A stretch of DNA of 64,000 bases from a virus: positions 64,001 to 128,000 of IMG/VR virus record IMGVR_UViG_3300032722_000006, one strand, 5' to 3'. Each line of letters starts with the position of its first letter. Position 1 is the stretch's first letter. Positions 54,354 to 63,480 of this stretch are shown one piece after another. The position numbers and the translations under genes were made by a program. The notes beneath the pieces are model-generated. The model saw only the letters and a list, made by a program, of their open reading frames with translations. It ran no database searches and was not told where the DNA came from.

Positions 54354-54480
54354 GTGCAGATCGTATCATCAACACGCGCGATGTACAGACGATACTTATG
54401 CGTATGAGAATGACATTGGGTGAGCTACGTTGTATGCTTTATGAAGCGATGAGTCTCAGACCAAGGGCGATGAGTGGGAA

Positions 54481-55266
54481 GTGACAGCCGATCTGATCGC
54501 AGGTGATTATATGGGTTTCACGATAAATCGTGGAGACATAATGAAGAATAAAGAACCTGGATACACTACGAATGGAATCTGGGCGCCTATGCAAGCGTTG
54601 AAGGAAAAGAATGTCGATCTGAATTGGGTCACAGGGCACCCTGTCCCGAATGCCAATGTTACTGCGAATGAAATGTTGGACGTCTTAAAAACGGGAAGAT
54701 CACTTACGACAAAAACGGGTATTAAATTGATACCTGAGCCTGATCTGCTTGAAAAGGTCACGACAAAACTTGCAAGAATGACATTCACGCAAGTCAAGGG
54801 ATTGAAACCTGACTATGTCGTGACGCCTGAATCAAGCAGTCGTGTTGCAGAATTATTCGGTGACAAGTTAGCAGCATTGTTGGGGGCAGATCACGTCCCG
54901 GCGGGGGTAATAAAGACAAGAGACGCAAACAAGCCTCGCTTCGACGTCCCACAAAAAATGAAAGGGAAGCCGTCTGAAAAGACGGCACTCGCTTCACTTG
55001 AGCGATGGAAAAAGAAAATACGTAAGGGTGAGACGCCTAGCTTACGATCGCACTTTGATGCCCGTTCGCGTCATCATCTAAGTCATTTTATGGATCCTAG
55101 CGATAAACTTATACAACGTTGGGCCGAAGAACCCACGGGCAAGACTGTGTTACTTGCTGATGACGTCGTCACAACGGGGACAACGCAGAAGGACTCGAGG
55201 CGAGCACTAGAAGAGTTGGGTTACGTGATCGTAGGTAGCGTTGCAATGTTCAAAGAACAAAGCTAG
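54481..55266 (+). CDS. type I phosphoribosyltransferase domain protein
   Basis: PRPP motif VLLADDVVTTGTT and PESSS. Confidence 0.8.
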   Translation: MTADLIAGDYMGFTINRGDIMKNKEPGYTTNGIWAPMQALKEKNVDLNWVTGHPVPNANVTANEMLDVLKTGRSLTTKTGIKLIPEPDLLEKVTTKLARMTFTQVKGLKPDYVVTPESSSRVAELFGDKLAALLGADHVPAGVIKTRDANKPRFDVPQKMKGKPSEKTALASLERWKKKIRKGETPSLRSHFDARSRHHLSHFMDPSDKLIQRWAEEPTGKTVLLADDVVTTGTTQKDSRRALEELGYVIVGSVAMFKEQS

Positions 55267-56015
55267 CGCATTAGTTGGTCCCAGCGCGCCTCGAGAAACC
55301 TCGCATAGATGATGCTTGGCAACCCGTAGGAGCCGACTGCGTACCCTTCGTTCGCCTCAATGAGGACGGTCGTTTGACGATCTTCTTCGCTAAACGGCAC
55401 GATCTCGCGGACTACACCCAGGTCGAGGACGTACGCATCAGGCATCTTTCCCCTTCCTTCACGAACTGCACGCTCGAGGACGCCGAGCGTAGGTGCGTAC
55501 CCCCAGTCGCCCTTGTAGTGTTTGACACCGACGACCTTGTGGTGCCTGATGAAGCACCGCCACTCGCTGATGATGTCGATCTCGTCAGCTACGAGGCACG
55601 GCGTATCTGATTCGTAGATCGCAACGTTCAATCGCGATCGTGGATCATCAGGGTCCCAAACGAAACCGGTGAACTGCTTCTGCTGCACAGGCTTGACAAA
55701 CTTGCGGGTGATGAGACCACGCACTTCCTCAAGCGTACACTCCTTGATCTCCCGTCCCAGCATCCACCTCAGATGATCGGGATAGTCGATGTTGGGAGGG
55801 ATTGGCTTTCCACACATTGTGAGCGCGGACCTGATATCACCGATGTGACCGCAGACGATGACGTTGGGCCCGATGTCACCGAACTTCTCTAGGTCACCAA
55901 ACCCATAGTACGGAACGACAGGGATTCCCTGCTGAACAAAGCCGTCCGCCGCGGCATAGGTGTTCTGGTTGTCGGGCAGGTTCTCACGAAACCTGACGTA
56001 CGCCTTGTCGATCAT
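55263..56015 (-). CDS. ATP-grasp (R2K/DUF4343-like) protein
   Basis: DYP..L...LGR, FVKP..K.FTG, SEWRCF, D.G, LIEAN...GSYG. Confidence 0.8.
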   Translation of the reverse strand: MIDKAYVRFRENLPDNQNTYAAADGFVQQGIPVVPYYGFGDLEKFGDIGPNVIVCGHIGDIRSALTMCGKPIPPNIDYPDHLRWMLGREIKECTLEEVRGLITRKFVKPVQQKQFTGFVWDPDDPRSRLNVAIYESDTPCLVADEIDIISEWRCFIRHHKVVGVKHYKGDWGYAPTLGVLERAVREGRGKMPDAYVLDLGVVREIVPFSEEDRQTTVLIEANEGYAVGSYGLPSIIYARFLEARWDQLMR

Positions 56016-57001
56016 CAGTCAGTCTCCCCTCTTCTGTCGAGAACATCCTGCATGTCTGCGTGAATCTCTCTTGCGATCTCTTCCTGCAAAGCGAAGAGTG
56101 CCTTCGTTCCTTCGACGGCGTACCACTCGGCGTCCTTGTCGGTCGGGAGGTCGCCGGAAAACATCATCTGCTCGAGACCGTCGCGGATCGCGTTCAGTGC
56201 AGGGCCGATGCTACAGATCCCGCGCTGAATGATGATGCCCATTGTGTTCTTAGGAAGCCTGGGCCTTGCGTCATCGATACGAACATCGATCACGCGCTTC
56301 ACCATCGCGTCCACCCGCGCCACGTTCGCAGCACGCTTCGATACGAACTTTGACGTAGCGTCAGCTCGCCCGAGCGCAGCGAGCAGGGTGAATCCCACGC
56401 TTCCACCCATGTCAGCTACGATGCGCCTGCAGCTCGAGTCTGTCCAGTGATCGACATTGCAGTGAACGCGCATGTGATTGTACACGAGCCGATCGACAAG
56501 GTCGTAGGTCTTGTCGTCGAACAGCTTCATGCGTTCCTGCAGCTTTTCGAGCATGCGCCCGCCGACTGCATCGTGACCGTGAAACGTCACTTTCCCCTCG
56601 ATGAACCTGAGGGTGCGTGCCTTCCCAATGTCGTGGAAGAGGGCACCGTATCGTAGCGGACGAATCTTCGCTGTGTTTGCAACGACTTGCTTGGTGTGCA
56701 GCCACACGTCCTTGTGTTTCAGTCCCTTTCCGTCAGTCTCACCATCGTTCCCAAGGTCCTTCAACGCCTGAAGCTCTGGAAAGAGAGCGCGGATGATGCC
56801 GGCCTTCATCAGTAGCTCGAGGCCGTCAGCGACGTGGTCGCCCAGGATGAGTTCATCGAACAGCTGGACACAGCGGTCGTGATTGAGAGCGTACATCTGC
56901 TCGTACTCTCCCAGAGAAAAGATGTGTGGGACTACAATGTCATCAGGCGCGCCGCGGAGGGATCCTTCAACACATAGCTCAAGTACTTCGATGGGTTCCA
57001 T
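56015..57001 (-). CDS. HD-domain protein resembling the C-terminal half of CCA-adding enzymes
   Basis: FPEL, HKDVWLHT, LFHDIGK, F.GHDAVG, HM, AD. No nucleotidyltransferase head. Confidence 0.8.
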   Translation of the reverse strand: MEPIEVLELCVEGSLRGAPDDIVVPHIFSLGEYEQMYALNHDRCVQLFDELILGDHVADGLELLMKAGIIRALFPELQALKDLGNDGETDGKGLKHKDVWLHTKQVVANTAKIRPLRYGALFHDIGKARTLRFIEGKVTFHGHDAVGGRMLEKLQERMKLFDDKTYDLVDRLVYNHMRVHCNVDHWTDSSCRRIVADMGGSVGFTLLAALGRADATSKFVSKRAANVARVDAMVKRVIDVRIDDARPRLPKNTMGIIIQRGICSIGPALNAIRDGLEQMMFSGDLPTDKDAEWYAVEGTKALFALQEEIAREIHADMQDVLDRRGETD

Positions 57002-57037
57002 GCTCTCATTCTAACACAGGATGAGGTAAATTTGCAC
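57002..57037 (-). promoter_or_regulatory. GTGCAA-N18-TAGAAT leaderless promoter (example of the family)
   Basis: ATG lies 6 nt after the -10. Same architecture at 15 or more loci. Confidence 0.75.
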
Positions 57038-57059
57038 TGTGGTGGTGTAGGATGTGAAG

Positions 57060-58022
57060 ATGAAGGCCCAGTTATACGATCTCATCGAGAGTCACGAGTA
57101 CGATGCGAACGACCTCTACATGACGAACATCAGCGAGACGTTGGAGGAACGATTCAACATCGTGAAGGTGACGAAGAAGCAGTTGTATGCCCTAACACCT
57201 GGCGCGCTCGATTACGGGATGCAGAAGAACAACGTCCTGTGTCGATTGAAACTGCGTACTTTGTACAACGACATCGATCGTATCGCTCCGTTGCTCAAGA
57301 ACACGAATCTGATCGTCAATGACTTCGACACGACTGAGAACTTCATGCCAGACTCTCCTTACTTCGGATCATACCAGAAGATCATGGAGAAACTGCCCAA
57401 CATTCGCAGATGGCTCGTCCAGTCGTGGTGGTGGTCAGAGCAGGTGCGAATGGCTGGAATGCCTTGCGTTGCGGCAAAACAGTGGATCAATCCGAAGTAT
57501 TGCTGTCAACCCATCCCGTGGAAAGACAGACAACGTGATGTCGTTTTCAGCGGATCGATGCATGGGCACAGAAAGGTGTTCTTTGAAGAGCTTCAGAAGG
57601 CCGGGTTGAAGGTCGAGGTGAGGCAGAGGACGCCCGGGTTCATCGACTACCTCAACTACTTGTCGAACTCACGCGTCATGGTCAGGAGCGAGCGGCGCAA
57701 CCAGGTCGTGCGACTTCCTGGGACACGTTTCTTCTACGACATGGAACTTCCGATGCCAAACACGCTCTGGCAACGTGACGTGGAATGCGCAGGACGAGGT
57801 TGCTTCTCACTTCGGGAACCCGACGAAGAGATGTACAACTGGCGTGTGCACGATGTCCCATCAATCGTCACGTTTGAGACGATCGAGGAGTGCGTACGCT
57901 TGGTAAAGACGATCTTGAACAACCCGTCAGTTGAGACGCTCGTTGAGGAAGGAATCGAGGTTGTGAAGTTCGATGGGGGTCACACGTCAGTCGCGGACCT
58001 GGTCGCATCGTTCATCGAATGA
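57060..58022 (+). CDS. glycosyltransferase-like (GT-B C-terminal domain) protein
   Basis: DVVFSGS..HR, Y..YL..S, RDVECAGRGCF. Confidence 0.6.
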   Translation: MKAQLYDLIESHEYDANDLYMTNISETLEERFNIVKVTKKQLYALTPGALDYGMQKNNVLCRLKLRTLYNDIDRIAPLLKNTNLIVNDFDTTENFMPDSPYFGSYQKIMEKLPNIRRWLVQSWWWSEQVRMAGMPCVAAKQWINPKYCCQPIPWKDRQRDVVFSGSMHGHRKVFFEELQKAGLKVEVRQRTPGFIDYLNYLSNSRVMVRSERRNQVVRLPGTRFFYDMELPMPNTLWQRDVECAGRGCFSLREPDEEMYNWRVHDVPSIVTFETIEECVRLVKTILNNPSVETLVEEGIEVVKFDGGHTSVADLVASFIE

Positions 58023-58286
58023 TCACAGGTTCTCGATCTGACTGTCAGGGAACAACACACCTAGACACCTGATCATGTCAACCAACCGCCTCTGACGCTC
58101 ACCGTAGGACATCTCGATGCCTGACCAGAACACAGCCAGGCGAGAAAGGAGCGCGTAGGCCAGGTAGGACTGTTCACCGCCGGCATCGATTATTCCTGAG
58201 AGCCTCTGTGCCGTGGCTTGGGCCGCCGGAGGGTACGCAGGGACGCGTGGTTGCCTGTTCCTCGCCTGCTCTGTTTTCTTGCTCAT
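58023..58286 (-). CDS. hypothetical protein
   Basis: ATGA-coupled. Confidence 0.5.
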   Translation of the reverse strand: MSKKTEQARNRQPRVPAYPPAAQATAQRLSGIIDAGGEQSYLAYALLSRLAVFWSGIEMSYGERQRRLVDMIRCLGVLFPDSQIENL

Positions 58287-58744
58287 GCTCGCTTCTTTCT
58301 CTTTCCGGTGAGGACGATAGAGTCGTACTTGTTGTTCTTCCACAACTCGGCGTAGTATGCGTTCGTATTGTGCTCCTGGTTTGGGCCCGGGTCAAGGAAC
58401 CTCTTCTTGAAAGGATCCCAGACGACAGCATGGCATGCGTTCGGATCGCCAGGGTACGCCCTCCCGGGTAGATGGTACGAGAGGAACGTGACGACAGGAA
58501 GGTCAACGTCGCAAGGATTCTCCTTCCGAAACTCAACCGTGAATCCCAGCCGCTGGATGACCTTGAGCATCGCCTGAGCTGAGACCCACAGTCGCTTGTC
58601 GTCCTTGATGACCTTGCGTCGAGGAAAGAACTCGTGCCGGGCCCGCTCGTACGAGACGCCGCACACTGTCGCAGTCGCACCGATGCCGCAGCCGTTCCAG
58701 TCGCCTTGCTCAACGCGCTTGATCTCAAAGAACCAACGATCCAT
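58283..58744 (-). CDS. C39-like cysteine peptidase
   Basis: Q....GCG, HAVVWD, DP. Confidence 0.7.
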   Translation of the reverse strand: MDRWFFEIKRVEQGDWNGCGIGATATVCGVSYERARHEFFPRRKVIKDDKRLWVSAQAMLKVIQRLGFTVEFRKENPCDVDLPVVTFLSYHLPGRAYPGDPNACHAVVWDPFKKRFLDPGPNQEHNTNAYYAELWKNNKYDSIVLTGKRKKRA

Positions 58745-59193
58745 CAGAACTTCACACTCTCTTCCTTGTCGTTGAACTTCAGCTCGATGTCACTGTGGTT
58801 GAGTTCGACAGCGTCGACGACCTCGAACTGTTCAATGATCTTCCACGCCTTCGCCGCAGATTCCTCATCCTTGAAGTGCACTAGCGGCGTCCTCTGCGGC
58901 TTCTCGACCAGGTCCTTTGCAAGCTTGAGGGGCATGTCCTCTAGCTGACGGATCGCCTTGATCAGGTTGATCTTGCTCACCTTGTACCAATTGACGTCCT
59001 TCCTGAGCGTGAGCACCATGGGACGCTTGAGACCCATGAACACGTGCTCGATTGCCAGGCCACAGCGTTGGAAGAAATCGTATAGGTTGAGCAGTGTGAC
59101 CTCGTCGCCCATCGTCACGAAGCGCGCCTCATCCGTGGATCCCTCGTCGAGGATCTCACTCACTCGAAAGTCAATGCGGAACTTGGCTGTCAT
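58744..59193 (-). CDS. protein with ribosomal L7/L12 C-terminal-like domain
   Basis: KINLIKAIRQL..MPLKLAKDLVE. Confidence 0.7.
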   Translation of the reverse strand: MTAKFRIDFRVSEILDEGSTDEARFVTMGDEVTLLNLYDFFQRCGLAIEHVFMGLKRPMVLTLRKDVNWYKVSKINLIKAIRQLEDMPLKLAKDLVEKPQRTPLVHFKDEESAAKAWKIIEQFEVVDAVELNHSDIELKFNDKEESVKF

Positions 59194-59229
59194 GCTAGCA
59201 TCGTACCACGGTCGCTAGCCCAGTTGCAC
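59194..59229 (-). promoter_or_regulatory. GTGCAA-N18-TACGAT leaderless promoter
   Basis: ATG lies 6 nt after the -10. Confidence 0.75.
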
Positions 59230-59296
59230 TGTCCCAGGTTAAGACGCACACCGCCATTCACAGACGACGCAGGATGCGATCGCTGATGAACTTTCG

Positions 59297-59494
59297 CTAT
59301 TCTGTCAAACGCGTGAAGGACACCAAGCACGTCTCGTCGCTCTCTTCTTCTTCCACGTTTTGGGCCGCACGAAGTACGTCCTCGATCGTCAAGAAGGTGT
59401 TTGCCTCTGCACAGTCAAGAGCGTCCCCGATCGCGTAGCAACCACAGGAGGCACACTGAGGAACGAGAGAATCATCGTAGGCGTGGGCACACAT
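59297..59494 (-). CDS. small Cys-containing protein
   Basis: CASCGC. Confidence 0.5.
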   Translation of the reverse strand: MCAHAYDDSLVPQCASCGCYAIGDALDCAEANTFLTIEDVLRAAQNVEEEESDETCLVSFTRLTE

Positions 59495-59496
59495 CG

Positions 59497-59796
59497 TTAC
59501 CTCGGACCGGTACGAGGGAATTCATCGTGGTACAGCGTGCTAGCCGTGTCAGGAGGGATGGGAAGCATCGAAGATGAATCCTGATCCTGAACGAGGCGAT
59601 CGATGTCAGAGTTTGACCTGAATTCCTTCTTGATCGGCTCGTGATCGAAGAAGCTCTCGTGCGTGCGATCGATGTTTTCAACAAGCTTCACTGCGTCCTC
59701 GATGAAGACTGTCACCATCACGCGGTCCGTGATGGCGTGGGGCTCTTGTTCGAGCATCTGCAACACCAACCTCGCAATGAAGTCCTTTTTTGTCAT
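59497..59796 (-). CDS. hypothetical protein
   Basis: Start at MTKKD. Confidence 0.5.
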   Translation of the reverse strand: MTKKDFIARLVLQMLEQEPHAITDRVMVTVFIEDAVKLVENIDRTHESFFDHEPIKKEFRSNSDIDRLVQDQDSSSMLPIPPDTASTLYHDEFPRTGPR

Positions 59797-59975
59797 GAGC
59801 TTCTTTCTTCGCGTGAAATCATCGCCCCACATGCGTACATCACGGGATGCGATAACCCCACTTCTTGAAAACATATTCACATCCCCTCCTGACGAGCCAG
59901 GAAAGTCCGCGCGCAGCAAAGTACGCGGCGATGATGAATATCGTTATTGATGCGTACAGGATGATGATCAAGCGG

Positions 59976-60170
59976 TTATTCGACCTTCTTCAAGGCAGAC
60001 ACGAGGGTTTCAAGCCTGTGAACCGCTCCGGATTCATCATACCATACGCAGCTGGCTATTGCACCGTCCGTGTAGTCGACGGTCATCCTCAGATCCGAGA
60101 GTCCCGGAGGACCGCACTTGAGCGAGACGGTGTCGCCCTCGAGGATCACCCTGTCAAAGAAGTCGTTCAT
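59976..60170 (-). CDS. DUF2158/YodC-like protein
   Basis: GDTV.LK.G...MTV...C.WY. Confidence 0.65.
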   Translation of the reverse strand: MNDFFDRVILEGDTVSLKCGPPGLSDLRMTVDYTDGAIASCVWYDESGAVHRLETLVSALKKVE

Positions 60171-60781
60171 GGTCGATTTCCTCTACCCGTGATGATCTGC
60201 TCGGTGACCCGCGCGGCGGGCACCTCCGCAGGATCGATCGCACCCGCTAGCTTGAACGGGCTGACGATCACGCGCACCTCGAAGTACACGGGCTTCACGT
60301 CGGTGCCGTTCGGGTCCTTGCACAGGATCCACGTGCCCTCAGCGGAGGGAGGGGCGAAGAGGCCGTTCGGATCGGCCTGAGGCATGACGTCCCCGCGCCA
60401 GAGGGGCGTACCTGAGCGGACTGAATCGCGTGTGTACTGCAGCTTCTGAGGGGAGGTGTACTGCGTCGCGTACGGGAGACCGTAGCCGACAGAGCGACAC
60501 CGCATGATGAGCTGACCCGACATCGTCTCCGAGTAGGTGAACGTCGACAGGCCTGCCTGGTCCCTCAGTTCGATGATGTCCTTCATGAGCTTGCGCTCTG
60601 TGAAGTTCCTGATCGCCGGCATCCCCGTCTGGGCTGTGCCTTCCTTCAGGATCGTCTCCTGCTGCTCACGTTGAATCTCGTCGGCGGACGGGGGCGTGTT
60701 GTCGCAGGAGGCAACCCCGAGTGACAACGCAAGGCAGCACGCCGCCACCAGGAGGCACCGGTTCGATCGATCGCCGATCAC
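60167..60781 (-). CDS. phage lipoprotein
   Basis: VASC lipobox, GMPAI.NF.E, SVGYGLPY.TQYT.P, PQADPNGLF. Confidence 0.75.
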   Translation of the reverse strand: MIGDRSNRCLLVAACCLALSLGVASCDNTPPSADEIQREQQETILKEGTAQTGMPAIRNFTERKLMKDIIELRDQAGLSTFTYSETMSGQLIMRCRSVGYGLPYATQYTSPQKLQYTRDSVRSGTPLWRGDVMPQADPNGLFAPPSAEGTWILCKDPNGTDVKPVYFEVRVIVSPFKLAGAIDPAEVPAARVTEQIITGRGNRP

Positions 60782-60783
60782 GG

Positions 60784-60972
60784 TCAGCCTCCCGTCGCAG
60801 CGTCGAGGGTGACGACCGCGGGTGCGGACCCATCAGGCCCAACGCCTGCATCGGTGAGCGTGATCGTGGCGTCCGGACGGGACGGAAGGTTGTTGGGCGC
60901 CGAGCACAGCAGGCCGACAACGCAGACGACGAACAGGACGACGATGACGAGACCGATCTTCTTGAGATTCAT
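60784..60972 (-). CDS. small membrane protein
   Basis: N-terminal TM segment. Confidence 0.5.
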   Translation of the reverse strand: MNLKKIGLVIVVLFVVCVVGLLCSAPNNLPSRPDATITLTDAGVGPDGSAPAVVTLDAATGG

Positions 60973-61009
60973 TTTGAACAGTTTCCTTTCAATTGTTGAT
61001 GATGAGAGG

Positions 61010-61408
61010 TCAGCGGCCGAATTGCCGCGAACGTAGGTCAGAGACGAACATCTGCAGGTCAGGCGACAAACGGGACACATCAACGCTTGCGACCTCGTGG
61101 AGGACGATCGATGCGATGGCGTCCTTCTGGTCCTTGTCGCCCTTGACGAACTCGACCTGGAGCTGGTGGAGGTGCTGGTTCACGCCGTCGACGTAGGCCT
61201 GCGAATGGGTGAACGTATCGTGGCGAACCTGCTCGTAGGCAGGGTCAAAGACCTTGTGCTGGGCGAGGTCGTTCGCCTGACCGCACCATCCCAATGCAAC
61301 GCTGCTCATGACGATGCACATGCCGGCGGCGACGGTGCCCACGATACCGAGTCCCCATTTCACGAGCGACACTGATTCATCTTCTTGAAGGTTCATGTAG
61401 TGACCCAT
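61010..61408 (-). CDS. membrane-anchored protein, lipoprotein partner
   Basis: TM then F.P..E.VR..TF..SQAYVDG. Confidence 0.7.
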   Translation of the reverse strand: MGHYMNLQEDESVSLVKWGLGIVGTVAAGMCIVMSSVALGWCGQANDLAQHKVFDPAYEQVRHDTFTHSQAYVDGVNQHLHQLQVEFVKGDKDQKDAIASIVLHEVASVDVSRLSPDLQMFVSDLRSRQFGR

Positions 61409-61499
61409 CTATGTATTCCTCACACGTGTTTGGTCGTCCAGCCTGCAGCTCGGAGCTTGAGAATCAGGTCAGCGCTAATGTCGTGCATGCTCGTTTCAT

Positions 61500-61721
61500 T
61501 CATAGCAACCCCACCTCGTGTTCCGCGAACTTGATGAACGCGCGTTCGTCGCCGCACGTCACCCATAGCCCTCCGCAACCCTCGGTTGCGGGTCCCAGCT
61601 TGAGGCACCAACCGGCCAAACAATCCGTACGATCATCATGCCGTTCGGAGATCGACCAACCCAGCGAGATCAGCACGTCCATCGCGTGCTGAAGCCCAAT
61701 GATCTTCGTTGAGATGCTCAT
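61500..61721 (-). CDS. hypothetical protein
   Basis: Packed ORF. Confidence 0.5.
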   Translation of the reverse strand: MSISTKIIGLQHAMDVLISLGWSISERHDDRTDCLAGWCLKLGPATEGCGGLWVTCGDERAFIKFAEHEVGLL

Positions 61722-61725
61722 CGTT

Positions 61726-62049
61726 TCATCCGATCAGGTTGTACATGACCGTCCCGTTCGAGAGCGGGTTGAACCGGCCGAAGACGCGGGGGTGTCGCTT
61801 CAGGGCGAGGAACACTGCGGCGTACGTGACGTGCCGGGCGTTCGTCGGGTGTTCGCGTAGGGCGGCGAGGAGCTGCGGGATCGACGCGAGCTCGTGGCCG
61901 CGTCGACCCATGACCTCCTTGAGGAGGGAAGGAACGGAGCGGACGAGAAATGCGTCACTCCTCGGCATCCTGGGTTGCTTGACCCAACGCTGCATGGTGT
62001 TGGCGGGCTTGTATTGCCTGACGGTGTTGGGAGCTAGCCTGGTCTTCAT
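61726..62049 (-). CDS. hypothetical protein
   Basis: Leaderless-type start. Confidence 0.55.
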   Translation of the reverse strand: MKTRLAPNTVRQYKPANTMQRWVKQPRMPRSDAFLVRSVPSLLKEVMGRRGHELASIPQLLAALREHPTNARHVTYAAVFLALKRHPRVFGRFNPLSNGTVMYNLIG

Positions 62050-62102
62050 GCTCTGGATGGTACCAACTGGGCACCCAAATATACACCGTCATGGGTAGGC
62101 GG

Positions 62103-62294
62103 TCACTTCTTTTCGAAGAACAAGGCGTGCACGATGGTGCCCACGACGACCACGGGGGCCAGGACGACGAAGGCGGCCTGGAACAGCAGCCCGAACGCTG
62201 CAATCAGCGGGATCATTGCGATGATGACAGCGGTGAAACCCGCGATCCAAGCGTAGTCCTTCAGCACGAGAGGCTCAACATTCTGCTTTTTCAT
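62103..62294 (-). CDS. small membrane protein
   Basis: Two TM segments. Confidence 0.6.
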   Translation of the reverse strand: MKKQNVEPLVLKDYAWIAGFTAVIIAMIPLIAAFGLLFQAAFVVLAPVVVVGTIVHALFFEKK

Positions 62295-62727
62295 CTGCGA
62301 CGTCGCCCTTCTTCGTGGAAAGGTCCCGTCGACGACGTGCAGAAGCGCACACCTTCGTATTCTCGCTACGTGGTAGTGGTAGTGTTGTTCATCCTCAGGG
62401 GGATGAGACTGCTGTCACGGCACCTTTCCACGGATCTAAGTAGGATCGCGCGGGGACTTTGTTAGAGCTGTACCATTCGAGTGCGCATCAAGGCCGTCAG
62501 CGCGCAATGTCACGAAATTTCTCGTGTCACGTGCGCACAGTGAACTTAGGTGCACGGGATCTTGCGCGTGATTTTTGTGCAGCCGGATCAGGCGTACGCA
62601 CCGCGGGATGGCCCTACAAAGGTTGCCAGAGGGGTGGGGGGCCCCACCCCCTTTTAGGGGGCTTCGTATGGGGCCTCGCGTGCCTTCCCGAGGGGCCCCG
62701 CCCCATGGGGCCCCCTGTGACCCCGTT

Positions 62728-62943
62728 TCACCCGGCGACCTTGATCCACCCGCCGTCGAGCCACACGTACTTCTGACCCTTCCCGGTGCCGAGACCGGCG
62801 CCGAAGAAGGAGAAGCAGTTGAGGCACATGTTCGCCCAGGGACCGCGGCGCGTCTTGCCGTCGACGTAGGCGTGGTCGCAGGAGGTGCTGCAGAAGTCGC
62901 AGTTGATGTGATCGGCGTGGGTGGAGGCGGCGTGGTTGATCAT
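62728..62943 (-). CDS. small Zn-binding protein
   Basis: CDFC...DGKT..GPWANMC..C...GLG.G.GQ.Y, leaderless promoter. Confidence 0.7.
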   Translation of the reverse strand: MINHAASTHADHINCDFCSTSCDHAYVDGKTRRGPWANMCLNCFSFFGAGLGTGKGQKYVWLDGGWIKVAG

Positions 62944-63012
62944 GATCTAGATCCTATCATCGAAAGCCGATGGCTTTCACTGAGGCTTTCCACCACCGTT
63001 GGGACCAGGTTT

Positions 63013-63237
63013 TCACCGCATCTCATCGAGGAGGTCGACGAAGGCGAAGGCGTCCGGGGTGAGGCACTCTGCCACGTACCCGGCAGGGACGTGCTTGACG
63101 TTGAGGTCAACCTGGTCGACCCTCTTGCCGAAGGGAGCGAGGACGCCAATCTCGTCTCCCATGTCGTTGCGAATCGAGACGACGAGGCCGAGCTGGTGCG
63201 AGGTGACCATGACCTGAGTTTCGGTGAGGATGATCAT
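63013..63237 (-). CDS. hypothetical protein
   Basis: Leaderless promoter. Confidence 0.6.
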   Translation of the reverse strand: MIILTETQVMVTSHQLGLVVSIRNDMGDEIGVLAPFGKRVDQVDLNVKHVPAGYVAECLTPDAFAFVDLLDEMR

Positions 63238-63267
63238 GATCAGACTGTACCACCGATCGTGGTTGGG

Positions 63268-63480
63268 TTACACCGCCTCGCAGTTCCGGTCGTGGTCCTC
63301 CCCCGCCGGCTGACCGCAGCCATGGCAGTCGCCGTCCCCGATGAGAAAGGGAGGCAGAAGCTTCCCGCAGCCGGCCGGGCCATGACAGTACAGCGCATCC
63401 TCGTGGAGAGGTCCGGCGTTGCAGAACGGGCACTTCCAGGGATCCTTGCCTGACCACAGCGGGTTGATTTTGGCTTCCAT
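63268..63480 (-). CDS. small Cys-rich protein
   Basis: Leaderless promoter, several CxxC. Confidence 0.6.
   Translation of the reverse strand: MEAKINPLWSGKDPWKCPFCNAGPLHEDALYCHGPAGCGKLLPPFLIGDGDCHGCGQPAGEDHDRNCEAV

Noticed and set aside
62575-63453. 292-aa + strand ORF (and similar long antisense ORFs such as 40962..41807)
   Set aside because: These are shadows of promoter-supported minus-strand genes in GC-rich DNA.
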